DNA of 64,000 nt, from positions 1,066 to 65,065 of the forward strand of contig RFQR01000003.1 of assembly GCA_009924895.1 (NCBI GenBank). The letters are read 5' to 3'. The position numbers were made by a program, and so were the translations under genes. The notes beneath the pieces are model-generated. The model searched no databases and was not told the origin of the DNA. It saw nothing but the letters and a program-made list of their open reading frames with translations. The DNA comes from a bacterium. Lineage in GTDB: Bacteria; Patescibacteriota; Minisyncoccia; Phycocordibacterales; UBA2100. Below, piece after piece: positions 36,156 through 46,350 of the stretch. Within the stretch, counting starts at the first letter, position 1; every line of letters starts with the position of its first letter.

Positions 36156-37070
36156 GCCGGTGCTTACCCAATCAGAAGCGCTGTCTGTATCGCGTGCCAA
36201 CGATGAACGAATAAGCGACGAGCCGCGAGGAGGTGTGGAAGCTGGTGTCGCAAACACCGCGGTATCGGTACCCCACGATAGGGCATCGACTATCACACCA
36301 CTTGAATCACGAAGTATTAGCTGTTCGTTCTGCAACATCGGCTGTGAAAATACGGCGGCAACAACAAGAGAGGGCGTAATCCTCCAATACTGAGCGGTCG
36401 CGACTGTCGGTGAAATAACTATGTATGCTCCCGAATTCAATACTGTATTTGCTGCAATAGTCGCCTGAGCACGGCTCGTGGCAATAGTCCAGCGTGATAT
36501 ATCGACAGGTGAGGCGGTTGGATTATAAAGTTCAATCCAGAGATTTTCTGCATCGGTACCGTGTGAAGAGTCCGAGAATGGGTACACCTCACTAACCAGT
36601 ATATGGTTCACCGCTCCCCCGCTATTTGGAGCCGTAGACGGATTTTCGCCTGATTGCCCACTACACGCGACACCCGCAATCTTGCATGCAAGCTGCGAAG
36701 GGTTGAGTGTCACGGGAGGCACACCAGTTCCCGGCGATCCTCCGCCAAAATTAAATCCAGAAGCATAACTCGAACCCATCATAAAAATTGAGTCGGCAGG
36801 CCAACTATCCACTGGACTAATCGACACTATACACATGTATGGTACGCCAGAGAGACCCAAAAGCCACTGACCAACTGATTTTGGCGGACCGAATTGATAT
36901 GTTCTTGTAGAAGGGGTCCATACAAAATCACCGCCGTTTGGTGGACCAAGGCGTGCAAATATTGCCGAGTTGTAACACCCGCGCACTATCGAAGCCTGCC
37001 CTCCGAAGGGGTATGCTTGTGCAACAATCGGAACAATCAGCACAACAAGCGCAAGCCATGCTAAACGCAT
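36135..37070 (-). CDS. Secreted lamin-tail-domain (LTD) protein
   Basis: Signal peptide; HILVSEVYPFSDSSHGTDAENLWIELYNPTASPVDISRWTIA is the LTD signature. Confidence 0.6.
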   Translation of the reverse strand: MRLAWLALVVLIVPIVAQAYPFGGQASIVRGCYNSAIFARLGPPNGGDFVWTPSTRTYQFGPPKSVGQWLLGLSGVPYMCIVSISPVDSWPADSIFMMGSSYASGFNFGGGSPGTGVPPVTLNPSQLACKIAGVACSGQSGENPSTAPNSGGAVNHILVSEVYPFSDSSHGTDAENLWIELYNPTASPVDISRWTIATSRAQATIAANTVLNSGAYIVISPTVATAQYWRITPSLVVAAVFSQPMLQNEQLILRDSSGVIVDALSWGTDTAVFATPASTPPRGSSLIRSSLARDTDSASDWVSTGSPTPGR

Positions 37071-37126
37071 GCAGTTATTCTAGCACCATTCTTGCCGGGC
37101 CTAGTCTCGTGGTGAATACTGTGAGT

Positions 37127-37945
37127 ATGTTCTCCACTCAGGCATGGGCGGTTTCGATTGCTGTTATTCTTGCGCTTGGCGCGCTCGTCGTTGCACGCCA
37201 CCAGCCGAGAGTGGTGGGTGAGGGATCGGTATGGACCACTGAAGCCATTGTCGAACCTTCGCTTGAACGCCGGTTTGCATCGCAACAGATTCAAGGCGAA
37301 ACACTCACCGCTCAAGACCTTCCCCTTGTCACGTTACGTAGCGCAGAAGTGCCTCCTCTTACGGAGCAATCCGGCGCCGCACAGACAAATCCTGCAAATG
37401 TGGCAGGGGAGAGCATTCTCAGCTCAATAGTTGCCGCGCTACCTCATGGCACTCTGACATTAGACTCTCCGCCGCAGGCTGAAAAACGCAGCTCCTACCA
37501 GCAAAACCTTTACGACTATGGCAATGCCGCTGGTCGAATTATTGAAGCATATCAGGCCGAATACCAGGCGCGGCAAGTCCCGATTATGCGAGATTTTTAT
37601 GCAGACAGACAAAACCTTGAGAAGCAGGCGGCGGTGCAAAAAATGGCGAAGGCTCTCGAAGAGGTAGGAGACTCTTTACGCGCACTGGATTCTGTTCCGT
37701 CAGGTACGCTCATCACTCACCAAAAACTCGCGCGTGATTATGTGAGTGTCGGTCAAAATCTTGCCACGCTCTCTCGAAGCGCCACCGATCAATCGCTTTT
37801 GGAATCAATTTCTACGTACAACACGAGTGTCGAATCGCTTATCAAAGACTATGTCGCGCTTGCCGACATGTTTTCACTTGCACAAGTAACGTTTTCGAAC
37901 GACGACCCCGGTCGCGTATTTGTCTTCACAAGTGCGTCGCTGTAG
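37127..37945 (+). CDS. Membrane-anchored hypothetical protein
   Basis: N-terminal TM; the start was moved to the ATG at 37127 to avoid overlap with the LTD gene. Confidence 0.4.
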   Translation: MFSTQAWAVSIAVILALGALVVARHQPRVVGEGSVWTTEAIVEPSLERRFASQQIQGETLTAQDLPLVTLRSAEVPPLTEQSGAAQTNPANVAGESILSSIVAALPHGTLTLDSPPQAEKRSSYQQNLYDYGNAAGRIIEAYQAEYQARQVPIMRDFYADRQNLEKQAAVQKMAKALEEVGDSLRALDSVPSGTLITHQKLARDYVSVGQNLATLSRSATDQSLLESISTYNTSVESLIKDYVALADMFSLAQVTFSNDDPGRVFVFTSASL

Positions 37946-37993
37946 TACACACTTTTTTCATACACCTGCCGCTGGGCGCGGTATACTGAAGAG

Positions 37994-38809
37994 GTGAATT
38001 CATTTCGTTCCGCACTCGGTCGTGGGCGCTTTTTGATTAGCGCGGGGTTTTCGCTCTGTCTTGTTCTCGGTACGCTTTTCTATGTTGCACACACCAAGGA
38101 AATCGCTCAGCCACATTTCAGTCGAGTTACCGAAGTCGCGACCTCGACTGCATCTGGAGCAGAAAAACCAAAGTGGCAACAATACCTCCTCTCGCAAGCT
38201 TCAAGCCCTCCGCGCGCATCGGATGATGTGATTCTCTCGGGCGCAAGCGATGCGCTGACCGAACGCGTTTCGCAGCTGTACACCGTCATGCAGAAAGGGG
38301 GACTGTATACGCCCGAAAATCTAAGCCAGGTAGGAGCAACCGTCGCCGATACCATGAAATTGGAACCGACCTTTGACCGAATAACACGCGCCGAGCTTAC
38401 TATCGACCCTGATTCTTCATACGATCGCATGCTCACGTATCGCGCTGATATGCGCGTTGCGCTCGAGCCGCTTCTTACAAACAAAGAGCCCGAATTTGAG
38501 GTGTTTGCTCGATATCTCGAGACCAAAAATGAAATATATCTTGAACAGCTTGCAACTACTGCTGCAAACTACACGCGGGCAGCACGTCAGGCGCGCGCGG
38601 TTCCCGTTCCTGTTGACGCAGCTGAGGCACATGTCCGGACGATAAACTCACTCTCACTCTTTGCAACAACACTGACCCACATGAGCAAGCACGGCGCAGA
38701 CCCCGTTGCTTCTCTCATGCTCTTACGTGCATACAACGATGCTGAACAGGAAGTCTTTTCTGCATTCAACGAACTCGCACTGTATTACCGAAACAAAAAA
38801 CACGTATGA
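37994..38809 (+). CDS. Membrane-anchored hypothetical protein
   Basis: N-terminal TM (FLISAGFSLCLVLGTLFYV). Confidence 0.4.
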   Translation: MNSFRSALGRGRFLISAGFSLCLVLGTLFYVAHTKEIAQPHFSRVTEVATSTASGAEKPKWQQYLLSQASSPPRASDDVILSGASDALTERVSQLYTVMQKGGLYTPENLSQVGATVADTMKLEPTFDRITRAELTIDPDSSYDRMLTYRADMRVALEPLLTNKEPEFEVFARYLETKNEIYLEQLATTAANYTRAARQARAVPVPVDAAEAHVRTINSLSLFATTLTHMSKHGADPVASLMLLRAYNDAEQEVFSAFNELALYYRNKKHV

Positions 38810-40326
38810 AGCGCGCCTTTCTCGTTCTTATACTCGTACCCTTTTTTGCATCGGCCCAAAGTACGGGAGGTCCGAGCGCCCTCCTTACCCAGCCAGGCGG
38901 GCTTGGGAACTGCAGCCGCACCGGAGCGTACTCGATGAGTGTGGGTGCGTTTTCTGCAATCGGTGGTGTCTATGTGCCCGTAAACGATGCCGCAGTAACT
39001 CTCAACACCGGATATTTGGTCTACAAGGAATGTATCTTGCGTCCTGCGGTCAACAAGCAGCGCGAGGCGATAACTGCAGAAATGGTAGGAAAAGCGGCGA
39101 AAAGAATCCTAAACGGCAGAGACGGTGGGGCATACTACCTGCAGCGCTTTGATGAAGCAACCAAAATGGCAAACAAAGCGGCAGCAAGAGCGTTTGAAAT
39201 TATTCAACCTCAGGTAAAGCCTGAGGTTTTGCGCGCATCAGCGAAGCGGTACGTGGATAGCCAAAAGGTAAATCTTGAGTGTCCGAAAAAAGCAACCGCA
39301 CAATCGTCTGCATGGCAGAGCCTTGCGAATTTGCGAGATGAGCGCTGTGACGAGTACCGCGCCTCGCTAGCAGTTCGCTCGTATGTCGAAACGCAGGTCG
39401 CACTTGCCCAAGAGTGTTTTTGGAAGAATTTGCAATACGGCGAAGGCTTCTATCCTGTTACCGAGGAAGACCCCGACTCAGTTTGTGAGAAAATCCTTAC
39501 ACCGGCATCGGTGGTACGTGAAAGTTTCCAAAACATCATAAGCTCTCCTACGCGCCAAGCAGAAGCGGCAAATGATGTGGGGCAACTCATTAGCCCGCTT
39601 TTTGCGAACCTCGAATCGCAGGCTATTGGATCTGAAAAAGGCCTTGAGGGTTTACTCCAGGCTGCGGGGGGATTGCCGTCGTATATCGACCGCATGATGA
39701 GAGAGTCGGCATCGGGTGCCCGGGTGAGCGCTCTCAATATCGGCATCAGTATCCTTAATGCATACCGACAAATAGAATCAGATTATCTTGCCGCAAAAAC
39801 ATCAATAAAAACTGCGATCGAAAATGCAAAAAACCAGCTCCGCTCAGCTGAAAGCCAGTGCTGGAGCACAATCATCAGCAAAGTCTGCCAGTCAAACGTT
39901 ACCTCACAAAACACCTGCACTGATGCAACCGGGACTACGCTGCGCATCGCAACCACGACTTCCGCTTCTCAGGCGGTTATTGATTCTCAGATTACTCCAA
40001 TAGTCGGACAGGTTGACAGCGACATCACCAAATCACGCTCCGCACTCGACAGACTCAACGCAATTGCTGCAGGACTTACGAGCGGAAATTCCACCACCCA
40101 AGCACAAGCACTTGCACAACTTGACGCTCTCGCGGCAACAAACAGTATTCATAATCAATATGATCTGCAGCAGGCTCGCCAGCAACGAGACGATGCCACC
40201 AATGCCCTGAGTACGTTGGTACAAGACGCTATCAAGGCATGGCAAACATCAACCGATGTAACTACGGGGTGGTGCAATGTCGATAATGCCGCCGTGATTA
40301 CGCGTTGGAAAAATCAATGGAAATGA
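38806..40326 (+). CDS. Secreted hypothetical protein (T4SS-cluster associated)
   Basis: Signal peptide MKRAFLVLILVPFFASAQS; 506 aa. Confidence 0.45.
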   Translation: MKRAFLVLILVPFFASAQSTGGPSALLTQPGGLGNCSRTGAYSMSVGAFSAIGGVYVPVNDAAVTLNTGYLVYKECILRPAVNKQREAITAEMVGKAAKRILNGRDGGAYYLQRFDEATKMANKAAARAFEIIQPQVKPEVLRASAKRYVDSQKVNLECPKKATAQSSAWQSLANLRDERCDEYRASLAVRSYVETQVALAQECFWKNLQYGEGFYPVTEEDPDSVCEKILTPASVVRESFQNIISSPTRQAEAANDVGQLISPLFANLESQAIGSEKGLEGLLQAAGGLPSYIDRMMRESASGARVSALNIGISILNAYRQIESDYLAAKTSIKTAIENAKNQLRSAESQCWSTIISKVCQSNVTSQNTCTDATGTTLRIATTTSASQAVIDSQITPIVGQVDSDITKSRSALDRLNAIAAGLTSGNSTTQAQALAQLDALAATNSIHNQYDLQQARQQRDDATNALSTLVQDAIKAWQTSTDVTTGWCNVDNAAVITRWKNQWK

Positions 40327-40328
40327 GT

Positions 40329-42692
40329 ATGAAAAGATTCATTATTTTGTTTACTTTTGTTCTCATATCGGTCTCTACATCTCTCACTTTTCCTTCACAC
40401 GCAGATGCAGCCTCATGCCCTGCAGGAACAACTGCTAAACCAAAAATGGAACCTATCACGGGACTAACAATGGTCGACGGCTGCTACAGAGGTGACAAAC
40501 TGGTAGGCTATGCTGGTTTCAATTCATATGTACAAATTGAACCAATCTCATGCAAGGGTACGTATAACTACTCAAAGAACCTTCCCGATTGTATTTTACG
40601 GAGTTTTTCTGTTTGGGCTGGCACTACGCTCATATCAGCTTCTGCTTTTCTGCTCACTATAACTGGTCTTTTATTCAACCTAGTTATCACGAAAACTATA
40701 GCGCTCTTTAGCACCACACTTGCCACTACGGGGGCGCAATCGTTTATAAATGTGGCTTGGACGATTTTCCGCGATATTGCAAACATTCTTATCGTCGGCA
40801 TATTTATCTACCTCGCAATTATGATTATTGCAGGTCAAAACTCGCGTGGCAAAAAACAATACATAGCACATGTGATTGTCGTTGCTACACTCATAAACTT
40901 TAGCCTCCTTTTTTCGGTCACCATTGTCAAAGTTGGAAACGCCGTTGCTACCACAATTTATCCCGCTCTTACCGGCGAACCTGTTGCATCACTCCAAAAG
41001 GATGGCTGGGGTGGAGGAGTTGGTTTTGGTATAACAACCAACGATCCTCGGGCATTTCCGAGAGATGGTGTCGCTGGCAGTTTCATAAAAATGCTTGGTA
41101 TTACGGGTCTTTCGGACACAAAAGAGATGCTTGATGAAGTAGCCGAAACAAACGACAGCGCATCTCTTCCTATACTTCACGGTCTCTTTGCTGCAACAGT
41201 GCTTCTCTTTGCTAGTGCTGTATTTTTATTCGCGAGCTTGCTTTTAGTAGTCCGTGTTGTCATACTTCTTTTTCTGATGATACTCGGCCCGATTGCTTTT
41301 GCCGCTTTTTTGATTCCGAACTATTCAGACAAATTTCTTTTATGGTGGCGCAATCTTATCCAATACTCACTGATTGCCCCGGTATTGTTTCTTCTTCTTT
41401 TAGTCACTAAGCAAATGGCAACAGCAGTAACAGCAGGCTCCGGTGGCGGGACGCTTGGGGGAGCGTTGGGCAAACCGGGCGAATACACTAATATTGTTGC
41501 ATTCCTAAACTATTTCCTTGTCGTCGGCATGCTGGTTCTAACCGTATATCTTACGATCAGGTTTGCGCAGGTGGTCGCGGGAGGAAATTGGGCGGCAGCT
41601 CTCACCCTGCTTCCTATCACAGGAACTGCGCTTGGCGCCGCTGCGGTTCTGCGCAATTGGCGCGGTGCAAGAGCATATCGTGAAATCAATCAACGAAATA
41701 CCGAGATCGAAGCTACAAAGATGGACCGTAGCTTGACGAGTGAAGCGCGGATCGAAAAACTGAGAAGTCTCATGGAAATGCGTGACAAGGCAACGCTCCG
41801 CTCAGGAAAGGAATACAACGCAATGAATGCAAAAGTATTTGGTCGCTCAATTGGCGATAGGATCGGCGGTTTGGTGGGAACTGTGCCTAAACCATTGTCA
41901 AGAGTTATCACTGGTACAACCGAGGGTGGTGGTTACGCGGGCCGTGTAAAAACCGCTGTCAAAGAAGGTGAGGGCGAGTTCAAGGATCTTGGATACTCAG
42001 GCGCAGAACAAGAGAAATTCATCACGAATTTGCAAAAAGAAACAGCACAACAAAAGGAAACCGTTGAGAATAGTCGCAGGGCTGCCAAAGAACTTGCGGA
42101 CGAGACTCGTGATTCACTGCAAAGCGCTCGAGACGAGGCGAAGACCGCAGCGACTATAGAGATGAATCCGCTAACGAAACGTCAACAAATAGAAGTAAAA
42201 AAGCAAGTAGACACCTTGAAAGACAAGCCCGCGGACGAACGAGAAACCGCAATGAGCGGCATGAGAGAAAGGATAAGAAAAGCGGTTCGGGCAAGCCTTA
42301 AATATCATGATGCTGAAACTGAACTTAAACTCCATGATCGTGATGTTAATACCTCAATGCGGCGCTTTGATGCAACGAGCGCGCGGCTCGATGCGCAGTT
42401 ACAAGAACAGCGCCAAGAAGGACTCACTCAACTGCAAGGATACGCTCAGGCGCTGGGTAATCAGATTGCAAGCAAAGTCGGGGACGATGTGGGCAAGGCT
42501 ATTGCCAAGAACGTCGGGATTAGCGACTCTTTGAAACAGTTCAAAAAAGAGCTTGAGAAGTTGCCGAAGGCAGTTACCTCAGCACAACAGCGCGCCACTC
42601 GCTTAGATCGCCGAGCAAGTACGCTTGAAGCCCGAACTGGCCTGCGCTCTCCTGGTCCCACCGACGGCACGTTCCCGCCTCCTCGCGCCTAA
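40329..42692 (+). CDS. Polytopic membrane protein, VirB6/TrbL-like T4SS component with a C-terminal coiled coil
   Basis: Signal/TM start, then many TM helices, then a long charged C-terminal tail. Start at MKRFIILF, just after the upstream stop. Confidence 0.5.
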   Translation: MKRFIILFTFVLISVSTSLTFPSHADAASCPAGTTAKPKMEPITGLTMVDGCYRGDKLVGYAGFNSYVQIEPISCKGTYNYSKNLPDCILRSFSVWAGTTLISASAFLLTITGLLFNLVITKTIALFSTTLATTGAQSFINVAWTIFRDIANILIVGIFIYLAIMIIAGQNSRGKKQYIAHVIVVATLINFSLLFSVTIVKVGNAVATTIYPALTGEPVASLQKDGWGGGVGFGITTNDPRAFPRDGVAGSFIKMLGITGLSDTKEMLDEVAETNDSASLPILHGLFAATVLLFASAVFLFASLLLVVRVVILLFLMILGPIAFAAFLIPNYSDKFLLWWRNLIQYSLIAPVLFLLLLVTKQMATAVTAGSGGGTLGGALGKPGEYTNIVAFLNYFLVVGMLVLTVYLTIRFAQVVAGGNWAAALTLLPITGTALGAAAVLRNWRGARAYREINQRNTEIEATKMDRSLTSEARIEKLRSLMEMRDKATLRSGKEYNAMNAKVFGRSIGDRIGGLVGTVPKPLSRVITGTTEGGGYAGRVKTAVKEGEGEFKDLGYSGAEQEKFITNLQKETAQQKETVENSRRAAKELADETRDSLQSARDEAKTAATIEMNPLTKRQQIEVKKQVDTLKDKPADERETAMSGMRERIRKAVRASLKYHDAETELKLHDRDVNTSMRRFDATSARLDAQLQEQRQEGLTQLQGYAQALGNQIASKVGDDVGKAIAKNVGISDSLKQFKKELEKLPKAVTSAQQRATRLDRRASTLEARTGLRSPGPTDGTFPPPRA

Positions 42693-42698
42693 CACGGT

Positions 42699-43271
42699 AT
42701 GAACACTCCTTCATCTCAACAAGATATCGTTGCCCTGCTCCACGAACGCTTTAGTGCGCTACCGCAAGTGGTGCAAGATGCGATTCGGTCCTCGGATATT
42801 GAACATCAGTTACAGGGCCTTGCTCGTACACACAAACTGCACCTTGATCAATGGGAGCTCTTGGAAAACGAAGTGTTACTTGCTCTCCTTGGCGTAACCT
42901 CGGCGGGAGATCTTCAGAGCGCAATCCAATCAAAAACGGGCATAGATACAGATTCTGCCAAAGCTCTTACCAGTGATATTTCCGCGGCTATTTTTGAACC
43001 AATTCGAGCCGAGTTGGAACGCGACCTCGATCACCCGAGCGCAGTAGAAAAACAGGAAACTGCGGTAGAACAAGTGCGCACCGAGCTCCTTGCAGAATCT
43101 AAACGTGACGCTTCGGTATTGTTGCCAGCACCAAAAGCACCTGCCGTTGCCCCGACCACGCCACCACCTCCTAAACCCGAAACAAAAGCGGTACGTGAGA
43201 TAGTGCCGTCGGTAGAAATCTCGTCTCCTAAAAAGATCGCTATAAACGACCCCTACCGCGAACAGGTGTAG
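42699..43271 (+). CDS. Hypothetical protein
   Basis: 190 aa, Pro-rich C-terminus. Confidence 0.35.
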   Translation: MNTPSSQQDIVALLHERFSALPQVVQDAIRSSDIEHQLQGLARTHKLHLDQWELLENEVLLALLGVTSAGDLQSAIQSKTGIDTDSAKALTSDISAAIFEPIRAELERDLDHPSAVEKQETAVEQVRTELLAESKRDASVLLPAPKAPAVAPTTPPPPKPETKAVREIVPSVEISSPKKIAINDPYREQV

Positions 43272-43314
43272 AAAACTCGAAAGCCACTTCTTCAAAAGAG
43301 CTATACTGTAGAGA

Positions 43315-43815
43315 ATGCAGTTTCAAGTACCGCAATTTATTGAGGTCGAGGATAAGATTTTTGGTCCTCTCACCTTTAAGCAGTTTGTCTACGTCCTCGG
43401 TGGACTCGGATGCGCCTATCTTGCGTATCGCATGCTGCCCCTTTACGCTGCTGCGCCGTTTATGCTCTTAGGCGCGGCGGCAGGCGGAGCACTCGCTTTT
43501 ATGGAATACAATGGGCGGCCTCTCATACTTGCGCTTGAGCATGGTTTTTTCTTTTTGATTCGCTCGAAGCTGTACCTCTGGAACAACACCCGCCAGTTGC
43601 CGGTACGCGCTCCGACGAAAGACGCGACACCGCAGCCCCTGCCGTATGTTCCTCGTTTGTCGGAGAGTAGGCTGCATGAACTCTCGTGGAGCCTTGATAT
43701 AAAAGAGCGCATCAGTGATGGCGTTGCGACCCAAAAAGATCGCACACAGAACACTAATTCTTTGAGCACCATCGTCGCGCCCGTGCGCACTGCGCGAGAA
43801 AGTCTGATACGATGA
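43315..43815 (+). CDS. PrgI-family (VirB3-like) T4SS membrane protein
   Basis: MQFQVPQFIEVEDKIFGPLTFKQFVYVLGG... is the PrgI-like N-terminus, with two TM helices. Confidence 0.6.
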   Translation: MQFQVPQFIEVEDKIFGPLTFKQFVYVLGGLGCAYLAYRMLPLYAAAPFMLLGAAAGGALAFMEYNGRPLILALEHGFFFLIRSKLYLWNNTRQLPVRAPTKDATPQPLPYVPRLSESRLHELSWSLDIKERISDGVATQKDRTQNTNSLSTIVAPVRTARESLIR

Positions 43816-43822
43816 CCCTCGT

Positions 43823-44467
43823 ATGCCACCAACTACACGCGCGGCCACCAATGCAACACAGGATTTCGTACCCATACAAGAGGTGCGCGACGGTATCGTA
43901 GTCCTCAAGGACGGAAGCTACCGCGCGATTCTCCTTGCCTCGTCAATCAATTTTGCCTTGAAATCAGAAGACGAACAGACCGCATTTATCGTGCAGTTTC
44001 AGAGCTTTCTCAACTCCCTTGATTTTTCATGTGAGATTTTCGTCCAGTCGCGCATGCTCGACATTCGCCCCTATCTTGCAACCCTCGAAGCGCAGTACAA
44101 AAAGCAGCTCGATGATTTGATGCGCATTCAGATTCGCGAATACATCGGCTTTGTCAAAAGCTTTACCGAAGCGGCAAGTATTATGTCGAAAAACTTTTTT
44201 GTCGTCGTCCCATATGCACCGAATGTTATTGAAACAAAAAAAGGCGGGCTCTTTTCTTTTGGCTCGACCTCCGCGTCGGTGACAAAAGATCGTTCATTTG
44301 AGGAACACCTCTCGCAGCTCGAACAGCGCATCTCAATCGTACAGCAGGGCCTCGCGCGCACCGGGGTACGCACCGTACAGCTCGGAACGGAAGAGGCGAT
44401 TGAGTTGTTCTATAAATTATTTAATCCAGGGGAAGACAGTAAGCCAATGTCCTTGACTAACAGGTAG
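43823..44467 (+). CDS. VirB4/TrsE N-terminal-region-like protein, encoded as a separate ORF
   Basis: DFVPIQEVRDGIVVLKDGSYRAILLASSINFALKSEDEQ...FLNSLDF resembles the N-terminal domain of Gram-positive VirB4/TrsE ATPases. It sits 50 nt upstream of the VirB4 gene, in a different frame. Confidence 0.45.
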   Translation: MPPTTRAATNATQDFVPIQEVRDGIVVLKDGSYRAILLASSINFALKSEDEQTAFIVQFQSFLNSLDFSCEIFVQSRMLDIRPYLATLEAQYKKQLDDLMRIQIREYIGFVKSFTEAASIMSKNFFVVVPYAPNVIETKKGGLFSFGSTSASVTKDRSFEEHLSQLEQRISIVQQGLARTGVRTVQLGTEEAIELFYKLFNPGEDSKPMSLTNR

Positions 44468-44517
44468 GCGTTACCGTGCCATCGGGGCGGTTTTTTGCGG
44501 TATACTTTTTCTAACGT

Positions 44518-46350
44518 ATGGGTCTTTTTGATTTTATTGCGCCAAAAAAAGAAGTCGCATCGGTGCGGCCTGTGCTTCCTGACGACATCTATCAGAGCGG
44601 TACTCTCGAGCTGCAAGATGTTATCGCGCCGCACGCGCTCAAAATAAATCCGCGCGAACTGGATTTGGGCGAGCGTATTGCGCGTACTTTTTTCGTGATC
44701 TCCTATCCACGCTTTCTCACGACAGGTTGGTTCGCCCCCATCATCAACATGGACAAAGTCATTGACGTGGCGATTTATATACACCCCCTCAATTCGAACG
44801 ACATGCTGCGTAAGTTTCAAAAAAAAGTAGCAGAAGTTCAGAGTCAAATCTCGCAGCGAGAAGAGAAGGGGATGGTGCGCGATCCGTTACTCGATACCGC
44901 ATACCAAGACATAGAGCATCTGCGCGACCAGCTGCAGCAGGCACAAGAGCGTATTTTTGATGTTGGCCTCTATATCACCATCTATGGCAATACCCGCGAG
45001 GAGCTTGATAAGGTGGAGTCCGAGGTGCGCTCTATTCTTGAATCGCGACTCATTTACATTCGTCCGGCGCTTTTTCAGCAAGAACAAGGCTTTCGTTCCG
45101 TATTACCGCTGTGCTCCGACGAGCTTGAGGTCCACACCAAATTGAACTCGCAGCCGCTCTCGTCGATTTTTCCTTTTATCTCGTTTGACCTTACCTCTGA
45201 TCGCGGTATTCTCTACGGCGTCAATCGCCACAACTCATCACTCATTCTCTTTGACCGTTTCTCGCTCGAAAACTATAACTCCGTTACGTTTGCGAAATCT
45301 GGTAGCGGAAAAAGCTATACAACAAAGCTCGAGATACTTCGATCGCTGATGTTTGATGCCGAAGTAATTGTGATTGACCCCGAGCGCGAATATGAATATC
45401 TCGCAGAGACCGTGGGTGGTCGCTACTTTAACATCTCGCTCTCCTCGGAGCACCATATCAATCCGTTTGACTTACCAATCCCGCGTGAAGATGAGAATCC
45501 CACTGATGTTCTGCGCAATAACATCATTACGCTTGTCGGACTCTTCCGTATCATGCTCGGCGGTCTTACCCCCGAAGAAGATGCAATTATTGATAAAGCA
45601 ATTACCGAGACGTATGCGCTTAAGGACATTACTCCCGATGCAAACTTTGCACAGGTAGAGCCTCCGCTTCTCTCAGACTTTGAACTCGTGCTCTCAGGCA
45701 TGGAAGGATCTGATTCTCTCGTGCAGCGTCTTTCAAAATACACGAAAGGCACCTGGTCGGGCTTTATGAATCGACCGACGAACGTCGACATGAACAAAAA
45801 GCTCGTTGTTTTTTCCGTACGCGACATGGAAGACGACTTGAAGCCCGTTGCAATGTACATTATTACGCATCATATCTGGACTGTGGTGCGCAAAGAGCTG
45901 CGCAAGCGCCTCTTGGTAATTGATGAGGCGTGGTGGATGATGAAGTCGGAAGATACTGCATCCTTCTTGTTCGGTATCATAAAGCGCGGCCGTAAATACT
46001 ATCTCGGCGTTTCTACGATTACGCAAGACGTGTCTGACTTTTTAAACTCTCCCTACGGAGTACCAATGATTACGAACTCCTCGATTCAGCTGCTCTTGCG
46101 TCAGTCGCCGACATCGGTCGACCTCGTGCAACAAACGTTTAAACTTTCAGATGAAGAGAAATACCTGCTTCTCGAGTCTGATGTAGGGGAGGGAATCTTT
46201 TTTGCCGGCCTCAAACATGTTGCGATTAAAGTCATCGCGAGCTATACTGAGGACCAAATTATTACCTCTGATCCATCGCAAATTTTGGCAATTAAAAAGG
46301 CAAAACAAGATCTTGCGGCACAGCAGGAAGCCAGCGCTCCCGCGGTATGA
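44518..46350 (+). CDS. VirB4-family T4SS ATPase
   Basis: Walker A FAKSGSGKSYTTK, Walker B LLVIDEAWWMM, and the CagE/TrbE/VirB region at the N-terminus. Confidence 0.85.
   Translation: MGLFDFIAPKKEVASVRPVLPDDIYQSGTLELQDVIAPHALKINPRELDLGERIARTFFVISYPRFLTTGWFAPIINMDKVIDVAIYIHPLNSNDMLRKFQKKVAEVQSQISQREEKGMVRDPLLDTAYQDIEHLRDQLQQAQERIFDVGLYITIYGNTREELDKVESEVRSILESRLIYIRPALFQQEQGFRSVLPLCSDELEVHTKLNSQPLSSIFPFISFDLTSDRGILYGVNRHNSSLILFDRFSLENYNSVTFAKSGSGKSYTTKLEILRSLMFDAEVIVIDPEREYEYLAETVGGRYFNISLSSEHHINPFDLPIPREDENPTDVLRNNIITLVGLFRIMLGGLTPEEDAIIDKAITETYALKDITPDANFAQVEPPLLSDFELVLSGMEGSDSLVQRLSKYTKGTWSGFMNRPTNVDMNKKLVVFSVRDMEDDLKPVAMYIITHHIWTVVRKELRKRLLVIDEAWWMMKSEDTASFLFGIIKRGRKYYLGVSTITQDVSDFLNSPYGVPMITNSSIQLLLRQSPTSVDLVQQTFKLSDEEKYLLLESDVGEGIFFAGLKHVAIKVIASYTEDQIITSDPSQILAIKKAKQDLAAQQEASAPAV

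Noticed and set aside
36938-37126. N-terminal extension of the 36938..37945 ORF
   Set aside because: It overlaps the 5' end of the opposite-strand LTD gene. An internal ATG at 37127, directly before the TM helix, is the more plausible start.
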